From Macrostomum hystrix (taxonomy: Eukaryota > Animalia > Platyhelminthes), in assembly GCA_950097015.1 (NCBI GenBank), contig CATNEN010000029.1:6076001-6140000 (forward strand): a DNA stretch of 64,000 nt, read 5' to 3'. Position numbers and translations under genes: made by a program. The notes beneath the pieces are model-generated. The model did no database searches, was not told the DNA's origin, and saw nothing but the letters and a program-made list of their open reading frames with translations. This document shows, one piece after another, positions 46,486 through 60,410 of the stretch; position 1 is the stretch's first letter; each line of letters opens with the position of its first letter.

Positions 46486-49400
46486 ATGAATCGTAAATGC
46501 AAGCGGCAACTCCAGCAACAACTGCTGGCTAGACCCGAGCTCACTGACATTGACAGGAACCAGTTTGAGGTGCAGTTGAGGGACTTTCACAATGCGAGGA
46601 AGTGAGCAACTTAGAAAATTTTATTTTTTCATAAATTTTTGTTTACTGAATTGAAAATTGGAGCCAAAAATTCCGGGATTCACCTATTTAATGCTAACCC
46701 CCCGACCCGGCCGCCGGGAATCCCCGTGTTGCTATTTTTAGAACGCCGTTCTTGCACGCCCCGATCGTGTTCGGCAGGCGCGTTGACTTTCTCAGGCTGT
46801 ACAATGCGGTGGCCAGGCTGGGCGGATTCAGACGGGTTTGTTCTGCTTTTCTGCGCGCCCTGAGCGCGGGAGCACTAGCACTGCGTTCCTTTATGTGAGT
46901 AATTTCGTATCCATGGGACACAGTGAAGCGAATTTATATGCTTGCAGGTGTGCGAGAATCAACAATGGTACCTGGTGTTAGAGTCCGTTGGATTTCGTCG
47001 GTACTGCATCAACGCTGATCTATCCATTCGCCTGGTGTACCAGCGCTATCTAGAGCCCTATGAGCGTTGGAAGCAACAGCAGCAGCAGCAGCAGCAGATC
47101 ACCGCGGCTGTAGCCGCTGCAGGCGGCACCGACGAGAACGGTTGTTGCTATGCGGTTGCTATGGATGATCGAAGCCGCAGCTGCCAGCCGGACGATGGCG
47201 GCGAATTGATGCGACTTCGACGGCATCAGGCGGCCGCAGCAGCTGAAGCGGCGCATTTGCAGGCCTACAATCTGCAGAATCATCTGCTACCGCCGCACCT
47301 CCGGGCACAGTGGAATCTTTCAGCGGAGCTGGTGGAACTGGACGAATACAGGCCGCTTGAACTGGCTCTGCTCAGCGGACTGCCTAACGAGTTGGACTTC
47401 GCCATCAACGCCTGCCTGCTGATCTCAAGCCAGACGGGCCCCGGATCGCTGCAGCTGGAGAGAAATCCGCGAATCGTCGAGCTACTGGCAGCACATGCCG
47501 GGGTGTTTGAGCACGGTGAGGCCTGGCAGCGGGGGGTCAGGAATGAGTCAGAGTCAAGGATGGTGAATGAGAGTTAGGGATAGTGAATGGCAGTCAGGGA
47601 TGGTGAATGAGAGTCAGGGATAGTGAATGAGAGTCAGGGATAATGAATGAGAGTAATGGATAGTGAATGAGAGTCAGGGATAGTGAATGGCAGTCAGGGA
47701 TAGTGAATGGCAGTCAGGGATAGTGAATGGGAGTCAGGGATAGTGAATGGCAGTCAGGGATAGTGAATGGCAGTCAGGGATAGTGAATGGGAGTCAGGGA
47801 TAGTGAATGGCAGTCAGGGATAGTGAATGAGAGTCATGGATAATGAATGAGAGTCATGGATAGTGAATGAGAATCAGGGATTGTGAATGAGAGTCAGATA
47901 TTGTGAATGAGAGTCAGGGATAGTGAATGGCAGTCAGGGATAGTGTATGGCAGTCAGGGATAATGAATGGCAGTCAGGGATAGTGAGTGGCAGTCAGGGA
48001 TAGTGAATGGGAGTCAGGGATAGTGAATGGCAGTCAGGGATAGTGAATGGCAGTCAGGGATAGTGAGTGGCAGTCAGGGATAGTGAATGGCAGTCAGGGA
48101 TAGTGAGTGGCAGTCAGGGATAGTGAGTGGCAGTCAGGGATAGTGAGTGGCAGTCAGGGATAGTGAATGGCAGTCAGGGATAGTGAATGAGAATCAGGGA
48201 TTGTGAATGAGAGTCAGATATTGTGAATGAGAGTCAGGGATAGTGAATGGCAGTCAGGGATAGTGTATGGCAGTCAGGGATAGTGAATGGCAGTCAGGGA
48301 TAGTGAATGGCAGTCAGGGATAGTGAATGAGAATCAGGGATTGTGAATGAGAGTCAGATATTGTGAATGAGAGTCAGGGATAGTGAATGGCAGTCAGGGA
48401 TAGTGTATGGCAGTCAGGGATAAGGAATGGCAGTCAGGGATAGTGAGTGGCAGTCAGGGATAGTGAATGGGAGTCAGGGATAGTGAATGGCAGTCAGGGA
48501 TAGTGAATGGCAGTCAGGGATAGTGAGTGGCAGTCAGGGATAGTGAATGGCAGTCAGGGATAGTGAGTGGCAGTCAGGGATAGTGAGTGGCAGTCAGGGA
48601 TAGTGAATGGCAGTCAGGGATAGTGAGTGGCAGTCAGGGATAGTGAGTGGCAGTCAGGGATAGTGAATGGCAGTCAGGGATAGTGAGTGGCAGTCAGGGA
48701 TAGTGAATGGCAGTCAGGGATAGTGAGTGGCAGTCAGGGATAGTGAGTGGCAGTCAGGGATAGTGAATGGCAGTCAGGGATAGTGAGTGGCAGTCAGGGA
48801 TAGTGAGTGGCAGTCAGGGATAGTGAATGGCAGTCAGGGATAGTGAATGGCAGTCAGGGATAGTGAATGGCAGTCAGGGATAGTGAGTGGCAGTCAGGGA
48901 TAGTGAGTGGCAGTCAGGGATAGTGAATGGGATTCATTTTTGTATATGAGCAATCAAGCTACTCAGCTACTGTTCTAATTTCCAGGTGCCAGCTCATATA
49001 TAAGCCTGACAGAGCGGTGGAGACGCCAAGGCGGAGCAAACATTATCGATGTAAGTCTTATTGGAAATCTCTAAAAAATGAGTTGCGAAACTGGGCTGTG
49101 TTCAGGTCGAATTCCAGTTCAGAAGGGACTAATTATATCTAGCTCAACCAACAACAGTCTGACAGATTAAGTGTCACCGTGTATACTGACCTAGTGACTG
49201 ACTGACCTACATCTATGACAACTACTCTGTGTATAAGAAATTTGTTTTATTCATCGGATATGTATCGAAAAATGTATTGAAAGAAACTGCGAACAAGTAA
49301 AAAATGTTCGGTTGTTGCGTAACTTCCGATATTTATAGAAAAATCAGTGTTGCTCTCATATGTTAATATATGTTCTGTTATGTTCTCATTTTGCGATCAT

Positions 49401-52400
49401 TGTTTCCAGTTCTGGCACCAATCAGTTTGGGATTCTGAACAGCGCCATCTCCTACTGCCAAACTGCTTATCGAATAGTGACTTTGACAACGCTAGTGGTT
49501 GCTATGATCGCCATGGTTGCTATGGCAAAACAGCTGAGCCTGCTTGGCGTTTATTTAACCTGACCGAGTCGGACATGAGTCTGCACGACTCAGCTGGCCA
49601 ACGAGTTCTCCTCATAGTGTCCGCTCTGCGCAACCTTCTGCTGGACGAGCCTGCTAACGCCGCCCTCGCTTCCCGTTCGCCAACAATGCTGCGCCTGCTG
49701 CTCCTCTGCCTGGCTAGCAGGCACGCCATCCTGCGACACTTGGCGCTGGACGCCCTGACCGCCGTGCCTTTGGTGGGCACCACTGAGGGCCTGCGACGGG
49801 CTCTGATGCGGGCTCTGACTGGCTGCCTGCTGAGCCAGGACCGGCAGCTGCTGGTGCGGGGTGAGCAGCGATTCCTGGGTGGGATGGGATGAGGGGAGTG
49901 GGATAAGATGAGGGGAGTGGGATGGGATGAGGGGAGTGGGATAAGATGAGGGGAGTGGGATGGGATGAAGGGAGTGGGATAAGATGAGGGGAGTGGGATG
50001 GGATGAGGGGAGTGGGATGGGATGAGGGGAGTGGGATGGGATGAGGGGAGTGGGATAAGATGTGGGGAGTGGGATGGGATGAGGGGAGTGGGATGGGATG
50101 AGGGAAGTGGGATGGGATGAGGGGAGTGGGATGGGATGAGGGGAGTGGGATAAGATGTGGGGAGTGGGATGGGATGAGGGGAGTGGGATGGGATGAGGGG
50201 AGTGGGATGGGATGAGGGGAGTGGGATGGGATGAGGGGAGTGGGATGGGATGAGGGGAGTGGGATAAGATGAGGGGAGTGGGATGGGATGAGGGGAGTGG
50301 GATAAGATGTGGGGAGTGGGATGGGATGAGAGGAGTGGGATGGGATGAGGGAAGTGGGATGGGATGAGGGGAGTGGGATGGGATGAGGGGAGTGGGATGG
50401 GATGAGGGGAGTGGGATAAGATGTGGGGAGTGGGATGGGATGAGGGGAGTGGGATGGGATGAGGGAAGTGGGATGGGATGAGGGGAGTGGGATGGGATGA
50501 GGGGAGTGGGATAAGATGTGGGGAGTGGGATGGGATGAGGGGAGTGGGATGGGATGAGGGGAGTGGGATGGGATGAGGGGAGTGGGATGGGATGAGGGGA
50601 GTGGGATGGGATGAGGGGAGTGGGATGGGATGAGGGGAGTGGGATAAGATGAGGGGAGTGGGATGGGATGAGGGGAGTGAGATGGGATGAGGGGAGTGGG
50701 ATAAGATGTGGGGAGTGGGATGGGATGTGGGGAGTGGGATGGGATGAGGGGAGTGGGATGGGATGAGGGGAGTGGGATAAGATGTGGGGAGTGGGATGGG
50801 ATGAGGGGAGTGGGATGGGATGAGGGAAGTGGGATGGGATGAGGGGAGTGGGATGGGATGAGGGGAGTGGGATAAGATGTGGGGAGTGGGATGGGATGAG
50901 GGGAGTGGGATGGGATGAGGGGAGTGGGATGGGATGAGGGGAGTGGGATGGGATGAGGGGAGTGGGATGGGATGAGGGGAGTGGGATGGGATGAGGGGAG
51001 TGAGATGGGATGAGGGGAGTGGGATAAGATGTGGGGAGTGGGATGGGATGAGGGGAGTGGGATGGGATGAGGGGAGTGGGATGGGATGAGGGGAGTGGGA
51101 TGGGATGAGGGGAGTGGGATGGGATGAGGGGAGTGGGATAAGATGTGGGGAGTGGGATGGGATGAGGGGAGTGGGATGGGATGAGGGGAGTGGGATGGGA
51201 TGAGGGGAGTGGGATGGGATGAGGGGAGTGGTATGGGATGAGGGGAGTGGGATGGGATGCGGGGAGTGGGATGGGATGGTGATGAGAGGAGTGGCTTAAG
51301 GGGGAGCGTGATGATGATGATGATGCGAGAATGAGAATGGGGAGATTGGGAGGGTGTGGATGGGATGAAGGCAAATTGGGATGGAGATGATGGAATGGCC
51401 TGGCTTTGGAGTCGGTTTCTAGGGTTGCTGACCCAAACCCGCAGGCCTGGAGCTGCTTGCCAGCCTGGCAACTCAGCCGGAGAACGCTGATTGGCTGGGA
51501 GCCAGCCTGCCCGATCTCATCCTGACTTCTCTGCCATCTTGGCTGCTGCTGCCCGACCTGCAGCTGATGCTGGCCGCACTGGACGCCGCCTACCAGCTGG
51601 CCGGCCTGAGCAGCCAAATGGTCGCCCGTCTGGTAGAGGCGGAGCCGCCGGACCTGCTGAGGGTGCTGCTCGACCTGCTCAGCTTTGAGGCCGCTCAAGT
51701 GGGCGGTCAGGGCCTCATCGGGATTCGGGTTTATCAAGGCGCCGCGGCGGCGGCCGCCTCCTCAGATGCTTCACCAAAGAAGCCCTCGGAATCCTCCCCC
51801 TTTGATGTTACCGCCGACGCCAATCATCGGGTTGTCGCTGATTCTCCACAGCGGCCAATTGCATTTACCTTTGATGTCACCGACACGAATGTCAAATCGG
51901 AGAATTCACGAGCCCGAGCAGATCTCTGGCTGCGCCAACGTTTGGAAGGTGCTTTTGATGTTTCCGACGCTGCCGCAGTCTATGCGGAGTACGCGGCTGA
52001 ATGCTCAGACTCGCCTGTGCTGCCCGCTCCGGAGTTTTGTGAACTTCTAAAGTGAGTCGAGATCTAGAATTTTCATTGGGGCCAGTTTATTGAACAAGAG
52101 ACTTAAATTGTTGCTATTTTTGGAAGAACTTTTTGGAAACCTTTAGCCACCCGCAAGTTGATCACGTGACTAACCTTAGCCAATAAAATTTTGGGTCGAT
52201 TCCCACAGAGTTTTAGTGCTGCTTTATTTTATAGCGTAGCGCTTGGTCTCAAAGCTCAGCCAATCAACTCACAGGGAAACCAGACCACTTTCTGCCGTCA
52301 CCAACCGGAAGAGGCCGCATCAACCGCCGGAAGCTGTTGAATTAGACGAAGCTATGCCAAAATCGATGAAGCTTGACTATAGCGGAGAATCCGCGGAGGC

Positions 52401-55226
52401 CGCTTCGGCAGCTGCGGATCTGGCGGGCCGCCTGCTGCAGATGAACGGACGTAGCGGAATCGGCATGACCAATGGGCATTCAGTGGATGCTGATGCTAGG
52501 TAAATATGGCTAGCTCTCTTGATTTATTACCAATGTTCGCAAAGTCCTAATCCTCCTCACCGATTGATAATCCTCCTCACCGATTGATAATCCTCCTCAC
52601 CGATTGATAATCCTCCTCACCGATTGATAATCCTCCTCACCGATTGATAATCCTCCTCACCGATTCATAATCCTCCTCACCGATTCATAATCCTCCTCAC
52701 CGATTGATAATCCTCCTCACCGATTGATAATCCTCCTCACCGATTGATAACCCTCCTCAACGATTGATAATCCTCCTCACCGATTGATAATCCTCCTCAC
52801 CGATTCATAATCCTCCTCACCGATTGATAATCCTCCTCACCGATTGATAATCCTCCTCACCGATTGATAATCCTCCTCACCGATTGATAATCTCCTCACC
52901 GATTGATAATCCTCCTCACCGATTGATAATCCTCCTCACCGATTGATAATCCTCCTCACCGATTGATAATCTCCTCACCGATTGATAATCCTCCTCACCG
53001 ATTGATAATCTCCTCACCGATTGATAATCTCCTCACCGATTGATAATCCTCCTCACCGATTGATAATCCTCCTCACCGATTCATAATCCTCCTCACCGAT
53101 TGATAATCCTCCTCACCGATTGATAATCCTTCTTACCGATTGATAATCCTCCTCACCAATTGATAATCCTCCTCACCGATTGATAATCCTCCTCACCGAT
53201 TGATAATCCTCCTCACCGATTGATAATCTCCTCACCGATTGATAATCTCCTCACCGATTGATAATCCTCCTCACCGATTGATAATCCTCCTCACCGATTC
53301 ATAATCCTCCTCACCGATTCATAATCCTCCTCACCGATTCATAATCCTCCTCACCGATTCATAATCCTCCTCACCGATTCATAATCCTCCTCACCGATTC
53401 ATAATCCTCCTCACCGATTGATAATCCTCCTCACCGATTGATAATCCTTCTTACCGATTGATAATCCTCCTCACCAATTGATAATCCTCCTCACCGATTG
53501 ATAATCCTCCTCACCGATTGATAATCCTCCTCACCGATTGATAATCCTCCTCACCGATTGATAATCCTCCTCACCGATTCATAATCCTCCTCACCGATTG
53601 ATAATCCTCCTCACCAATTGATAATCCTCCTCACCGATTGATAATCCTCCTCACCGATTGATAATCCTCCTCACCGATTGATAATCCTCCTCACCGATTC
53701 ATAATCCTCCTCACCGATTGATAATCCTCCTCACCGATTGATAATCCTCCTCACCGATTCATAATCCTCCTCACCGATTGATAATCCTCCTCACCGATTG
53801 ATAATCCTCCTCACCGATTCATAATCCTCCTCACCGATTGATAATCCTCCTCACCGATTAATAATCCTCCTCACCGATTCATAATCCTCCTCACCGATTG
53901 ATAATCCTCCTCACCGATTCATAATCCTCCTCACCGATTGATAATCCTCCTCACCGATTCATAATCCTCCTCACCGATTGATAATCCTCCTCACCGATTG
54001 ATAATCCTCCTCACCGATTCATAATCCTCCTCACCGATTGATAATCCTCCTCACCGATTCATAATCCTCCTCACCGATTGATAATCCTCCTCACCGATTG
54101 ATAATCCTCCTCACCGATTCATAATCCTCCTCACCGATTGATAATCCTCCTCACCGATTCATAATCCTCCTCACCGATTGATAATCCTCCTCACCGATTG
54201 ATAATCCTCCTCACCGATTCATAATCCTCCTCACCGATTGATAATCCTCCTCACCGATTCATAATCCTCCTCACCGATTGCTAATCCTCTTCACTGAATG
54301 GTAATCCTCTTCACCGATTGCTAATCCTCTTCACTGAATGGTAATCCTCTTCACCGATTGAGAATCCTCATCACCGATTGATAATCAATTACAAAGTCCT
54401 CATTAACAATTTCTTATCCTTGTCACCAATTGGCAATCTGACAAACAAACTTTCGATTCTGTTTTCTAGAAGCTATAGTTCCATATACAACTCTGTGATT
54501 TGGCCGAAAAAATCTCAAATCCCAATTATCTATCGTTAACTCAATGCGTTAATAAAACTCCCCCTGCGCAGTCATCCTGAAGGCACGAACGGCCAGCCGC
54601 CGGGCCAGCAGCCGCCAATTGTGATTCGCATCACCCTGCCGAAGCCGAAGCCGCCATTGGGCCTCCTGTGCGAGTGGGACGGCTGCTGGCACTGCGCCGA
54701 CACTCCGGCCCGGGTGCTTCACCACGTGTACACCGCCCACCTGCGGCCCGGAGCCGCCGGCTGTCGTTGGCGCGGCTGCGACCCAGGCAGGCGCGGCCCG
54801 CTGTCGCTGCTGTCGCACGTGCAGGAGCGGCACTGCAGCCAGGCTGCACTGAGCGAGTCGCTCTGCAGGCGACGCCAGGAGGCTCTGGACGCCGCCGCCT
54901 GTCACCAGCTGCCAACCATTGTCCCGGCGTCGCCGACTGTCCAGACTAGCCTGGCCGGTGCCAAAATTCATCGTCTGCCGGAGAACGCGGCGCGTCAAGC
55001 CATCTACCGGCTCGTGGAGAACTCCGCGCCGGCGGCCGAGGAGGGCCCGGTGACGCGGCACATTCGGCTGACATCGGCTCTGACTCTGCTGCGAATGGGC
55101 CGGCTGGCTCCGGCCGCGACGCGCAGATTCTTGACGAGCGGAAATCTAGCTCGACTGGCTGAGGCAGCTCTTGGAGGCGGCGAGGCTGCCGAGACAGCGG
55201 CTCAGTGCCTGGTGGAGCTGACCTGA
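46486..55226 (+). CDS. ARID2: AT-rich interactive domain protein 2 (BAF200); exons 46486-46601, 46742-46835, 46948-47515, 48986-49050, 49410-49860, 51445-52051, ~52235-52499 (boundary uncertain), 54572-55226
   Basis: ARID domain (LYNAVARLGGF..W..YQRYLEPYE), LLSGLPNELDFAIN, RFX-like WLRQRLE segment, two C2H2 fingers (CEWDGC..HVYTAH, CRWRGC..SHVQERHC), EGPVTRHIRLTSAL. Confidence 0.95.
47560..48932. repeat. 20-bp minisatellite (CAGTCAGGGATAGTGAATGG), ARID2 intron
   Basis: Visible array starting just after the donor. Confidence 0.97.
49879..51280. repeat. 20-bp G-rich minisatellite (GGGATGGGATGAGGGGAGTG), ARID2 intron
   Basis: Visible array, extremely G-skewed on the + strand. Confidence 0.97.
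52549..54386. repeat. 20-bp minisatellite (TAATCCTCCTCACCGATTGA), ARID2 intron
   Basis: Visible array of ~90 copies. Confidence 0.97.
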
Positions 55227-55366
55227 ACCGGACGGCCTGAGTCTGATGGCCTGAAGCGGACGGCCTGAAGCGGACGGTCTGAGTCTGATGGCTTGAAGCG
55301 GACGGCATGAAGCGGATGGCCTGAAGCGGACGGTCTGAGTCTGATGGCTTGAAGCGGACGGCATGA
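55227..55366. repeat. Short degenerate 15-16-bp repeat (GAAGCGGACGGCCTGA) just after the ARID2 stop
   Basis: Visible degenerate copies in the presumed 3' UTR. Confidence 0.75.
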
Positions 55367-55805
55367 AGAAGATCTACTAAAGCAGAAATTTTTGAGAGAC
55401 TCATCAGAACATGTGCTGAGATAATCAAAAATAAATTTTATTGCCCGAAGCAAAATCAAGCACGCTCGCTTCAAAAGACATGATGGAAAATAATTTAATT
55501 TCAAACAATTAAAACAGTCCGTTACATCAGAGCCAATGAGCACCATGAGATGTTTTTCAAGTTCTACTTCAAAATGTCTCTCACATTTTACTTACGCTCC
55601 CTTAATAGCATTTTGACTAAGTTACCGGCGTAATTTTCTTGATCGCCTGAGCAATGCGAAACATGTTTGCGAATTTGTACATTTTGGTGACAAATGAAAA
55701 ATAAACAGCAATTCGACTAAATGTACGCTTTTGGGCTTTGCCTCCGTTAAATAATACAATTCAAGTTTGAAACCTTACAGATTCTTATAAAGTGATTTGA
55801 TACTC

Positions 55806-58395
55806 TCACCCAATTCTCCCTGATCACTCCCCAATTCTCCCTGATCTCTCGACATTCTCCCTGATCTCTCCCAATTCTCCCTGATCTCACCCCATTCTCC
55901 CTGATCTCTCCCAATTCTCCCTGATCTCACCCCATTCTCCCTGATCTCTCCCAATTCTCCCTGATCTCTCCCCAATCTCCCTGATCTCACCCCATTCTCC
56001 CTGATCTCTCCCAATTCTCCCTGATCTCTCCCCAATCTCCCTGATCTCACCCCATTCTCCCTGATTTCACCCCATTCTCCCTGATCTCTCCCCAATTCTC
56101 CCTGATCTCACCCCATTCTCCCTGATCTCTCCCCAATTCTCCCTGATCTCTCCCCAATCTCCCTGATCTCACCCCATTCTCCCTGATCTCACCCTATTCT
56201 CCCTGATCTCTCCCCAATCTCCCTGATCTCACCCCATTCTCCCTGATCTCACCCCATTCTCCCTGATCTCTCCCTATTCTCCCTGATCTCTCCCCATTCT
56301 CCCTGATCTCTCCCCAATCTCCCTGATCTCACCCCATTCTCCCTGATCTCACCCTATTCTCCCTGATCTCTCCCAATTCTCCCTGATCTCTCCCTATTCT
56401 CCCTGATCTCACCCTATTCTCCCTGATCTCTCCCAATTCTCCCTGATCTCTCCCTATTCTCCCTGATCTCTCCCAATTCTCCCTGATCTCTCCCAATTCT
56501 CCCTGATCTCACCCCATTCTCCATGATCTCTCCCTATTCTCCCTGATCTCACCCCATTCTCCCTGATCTCACCCCATTCTCCCTGATCTCACCCCATTCT
56601 CCCTGATCTCACCCCATTCTCCCTGATCTCTCCCAATTCTCCCTGATCTCACCCCATTCTCCCTGATCTCACCCCATTCTCCCTGCTCTCACCCCATTCT
56701 CCCTGATCTCTCCCAATTCTCCCTGATTGCACCCCATTCTCCCTGATCTCACCCCATTCTCCCTGATCTCACCCCATTCTCCCTGATCTCACCCCATTCT
56801 CCCTGATCTCACCCCATTCTCCCTGATCTCACCCCATTCTCCCTGATCTCTCCCAATTCTCCCTGATCTCACCCCATTCTCCCTGATCTCACCCCATTCT
56901 CCCTGATCTCTCCCAATTCTCCCTGATCTCACCCCATTCTCCCTGATCTCTCCCTATTCTCCCTGATCTCACCCCATTCTCCCTGATCTCACCCCATTCT
57001 CCCTGATCTCACCCCATTCTCCCTGATCTCACCCCATTCTCCCTGATCTCTCCCAATTCTCCCTGATCTCACCCCATTCTCCCTGATCTCACCAGATTCT
57101 CCCCGATCTCTCCCAATTCTCCCTGATCTCTCCCTATTCTCCCTGATCTCTCCCAATTCTCCCTGATCTCACCCCATTCTCCCTGATTTCACCCGATTCT
57201 CCCTGATCTCTCCCAATTCTCCCTGATCTCACCCCATTCTCCCTGATCTCACCCCATTCTCCCTGATCTCTCCCAATTCTCCCTGATCTCACCCCATTCT
57301 CCCAGATCTCTCCCAATTCTCCCTGATTGCACCCCATTCTCCCTGATCTCACCCCATTCTCCCTGATCTCTCCCAATTCTCCCTGATTGCACCCCATTCT
57401 CCCTGATCTCACCCCATTCTCCCTGATCTCACCCCATTCTCCCTGATCTCACCCCATTCTCCCTGATCTCTCCCAATTCTCCCTGATCTCACCCCATTCT
57501 CCCTGATCTCACCAGATTCTCCCCGATCTCTCCCAATTCTCCCTGATCTTACCCCATTCTCCATGATCTCTCCCTCTTCTCCCTGATTGCACCACATTCT
57601 CCCTGCTCTCACCCCATTCTCCCTGATCTCACCCCATTCTCCCTGATCTCACCCCATTCTCCCTGATCTCACCCCATTCTCCCTGATCTCACCCCATTCT
57701 CCCTGATCTCTCCCAATTCTCCCTGATCTCACCCCATTCTCCCTGATCTCACCAGATTCTCCCCGATCTCTCCTAATTCTCCCTGATCTCACCCCATTCT
57801 CCATGATCTCTCCCTCTTCTCCCTGATTGCACCACATTCTCCCTGCTCTCACCCCATTCTCCCTGATCTCACCCCATTCTCCCTGATCTCACCCCATTCT
57901 CCCTGATCTCACCCCATTCTCCCTGATCTCACCCCATTCTCCCTGATCTCTCCCAATTCTCCCTGATCTCACCCCATTCTCCCTGATCTCACCAGATTCT
58001 CCCCGATCTCTCCCAATTCTCCCTGATCTCACCCCATTCTCCATGATCTCTCCCTCTTCTCCCTGATTGCACCACATTCTCCCTGCTCTCACCCCATTCT
58101 CCCTGATCTCACCCCATTCTCCCTGATCTCACCCCATTCTCCCTGATCTCACCCCATTCTCCCTGATCTCACCCCATTCTCCCTGATCTCTCCCAATTCT
58201 CCCTGATCTCACCCCATTCTCCCTGATCTCACCAGATTCTCCCCGATCTCTCCCAATTCTCCCTGATCTCACCCCATTCTCCATGATCTCTCCCTCTTCT
58301 CCCTGATTGCATCACATTCTCCCTGCTCTCACCCCATTCTCCCTGATCTCACCCCATTCTCCCTGATCTCACCCCATTCTCCCTGATCTCTGCCA
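55806..58395. repeat. 20-bp pyrimidine-rich minisatellite (CCCCATTCTCCCTGATCTCA) with higher-order blocks
   Basis: Visible array of ~130 copies; variant patterns recur at 240-bp spacing from ~57400 to 58300. Confidence 0.97.
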
Positions 58396-59679
58396 CTTTC
58401 TCTGAAACGTTACTCTATATACCAATCTCCACTATAATAAGCCGGTATTTAAAAATCATCAAGACAGAAGTTTGCGAAAGCTTTTTAGTTTCTTCAGTTT
58501 CACCAGACGTTTGTCCTCATTGCGAGAAATAAAAACCTGATTGCTGCTACAAGAGCAACAGGGCTGGGGCAGGGGCAGTGGTTGCCATGCAGCCCAGTGT
58601 ATTTTCCAAGCAATATTATTACACACACCCCGACAGGACTGCCGAGCTACCTTGTGCCTTGCCTTGCTCGCCACTCTGAATAACAATCTACGCCGCAGTG
58701 TACAATACATGCTACTAGCAGTAGAAAAGGAAAAAACGAAAGCACACATCGGAAATTCGCAACAAACAAAATAGAGCAACAAACCGATGAAAAGAACCTA
58801 AACCGAAAAAATGGAAAACTGATCTGCTTAATGGATTTAACGGATGCTAGACTTTTAGTTTAAAATCTAGAAGCATTGCTAAATCTGAGAGTTGCGCCAA
58901 GCTCTGAAATTAGCCTTTTTATATAGAAATAAAGAACGCAAAATAAATATTTCTATACATATCGGCTGCGTCCAAAAGCTCCATATTTCTGTATAGTTTT
59001 AATATTAGGTACGTAGGCATGGAAGTAAGAAAAGATTGTGTCTATATGAGGACTCTCAGCTAACATTGGCTGGATGGAATGGCTCATAACAACGACAACA
59101 GACAACAGGCCAGAACAAAACATGCAGAATATGCACTTTTGAATGACATATAAATAAATAAATAAATTTGAAGGCGCCAGAGATCAAATATCTAACTACC
59201 AATGTTTGTCAGTCGAACTCTGAAAAAACATGCGAAGCATTAATAAAGGATGCCTTCAGCACTAAAACAAGTGAACTCAACAATTTAACAAGGTATAAAA
59301 AACAGCTCACACTTGCTGGCCAAGTATTTTAACAGGAGATCCAAAATAATGAAAATATTTTTACTCGATACCTATCGAATGCAAAGGACTTTATAACTTT
59401 TTTCCGGTATTTTTCTATATTTTATAACAGTCAGCTGTCAAATAATTATCCAATGTCAATGAATCAGTTTTTTCGATACATATCGGATGCAATGAAATAA
59501 CTATTTCGATACATATTGGATGCAATGAAATATCTATTTCGATACATATCGGACCTCGATCATTCCTTTTTCAAACAAATCTCACAACACTGAACCTCTT
59601 TTTTCGATCTTTTTTTGATATAAACACTCGACCAAATATTTTTCTAGACATATCGGATAGAAATCAAGCCAACTGACAG

Positions 59680-60270
59680 TCAGCGCAGTTCGGTGCGATT
59701 CTCTCTATAGAGCTCCAGGCCGTGATTGACAGCGGCCACCGCGCGCATAGCAGCCTCGGCGCTGTCGCAGCGCACCCGAGCCCTAGTCTGCCTATTGGCT
59801 ATGTTGAACTCAATGCAGTCGGCCGCGCCGGCCTGGGCATTGTCGGGCAGCTCGTGAGGCCGGCAATAAATAATGTCCGAATAGCGGGCGTGCATGAGGA
59901 CGCTGTCCTGGCTGGGCCGCTCTTTGTACTTTAGCAGATAGACGCCGCCATCGGAGATTAGAATCCAGACTGCGGCCGCATTGCTGGCCCTAATTGGCAC
60001 GCTGGTCAGGTAGCGCTCGTCCAGATTGCAGCCATTCAGCTTGTACAGCACGGACTGCCAATAGGCATCCTCCGAGTTGTACTGCTTTAACAGCCGGTCC
60101 AAGCCGGCCGGGCAGCGGGGCAGGCGACGCGACTCGACGCCCTGCTTGTCGCTGGAGCCTCCGGTTTTGTCGCGAATGCTGGACGACACCTCGGAGGCCA
60201 GGTCGAGAACCCCGGCTACCGGCTTTGTGACGGTGCCGATCAGGCCTTTGCCAACGCCGAAGACGAAGCC
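59680..60270 (-). CDS. VPS13D: Last coding exon of a VPS13D-like gene
   Basis: GFVFGVGKGLIGTVTKPVAGVLDLASEVSSSIRD...RLPRC..LLKQY matches the VPS13D C-terminus; AG acceptor at 60271-60272; no upstream exon recognised in the window. Confidence 0.8.
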   Translation of the reverse strand, partial: GFVFGVGKGLIGTVTKPVAGVLDLASEVSSSIRDKTGGSSDKQGVESRRLPRCPAGLDRLLKQYNSEDAYWQSVLYKLNGCNLDERYLTSVPIRASNAAAVWILISDGGVYLLKYKERPSQDSVLMHARYSDIIYCRPHELPDNAQAGAADCIEFNIANRQTRARVRCDSAEAAMRAVAAVNHGLELYRENRTELR

Positions 60271-60410
60271 CTGTTTCACATTGTTAGAAGCGCGAATTTT
60301 TTTGTTGTTATCTGTAAATATCCGCGCAAAACTTGACCATCGCAGGACCTTCGTGTTCCCTTCCCTTCGGTGATCAGAGTTAAAAATATCGATCAAGAGA
60401 CTCAATCCTA

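Noticed and set aside
49590-51737. 715-aa and 585-aa His/Pro-rich ORFs on the - strand
   Set aside because: Antisense reading of the G-rich intronic minisatellite and adjacent ARID2 exons.
59370-59660. Degenerate TTTCGATACATATCGGA repeats (also inverted at ~49255)
   Set aside because: Probably a small dispersed repeat; too short and degenerate to define.
59680-60405. Full 241-aa ORF as a stand-alone gene
   Set aside because: Residues upstream of the acceptor at 60271 do not resemble VPS13 and are likely intron read-through.
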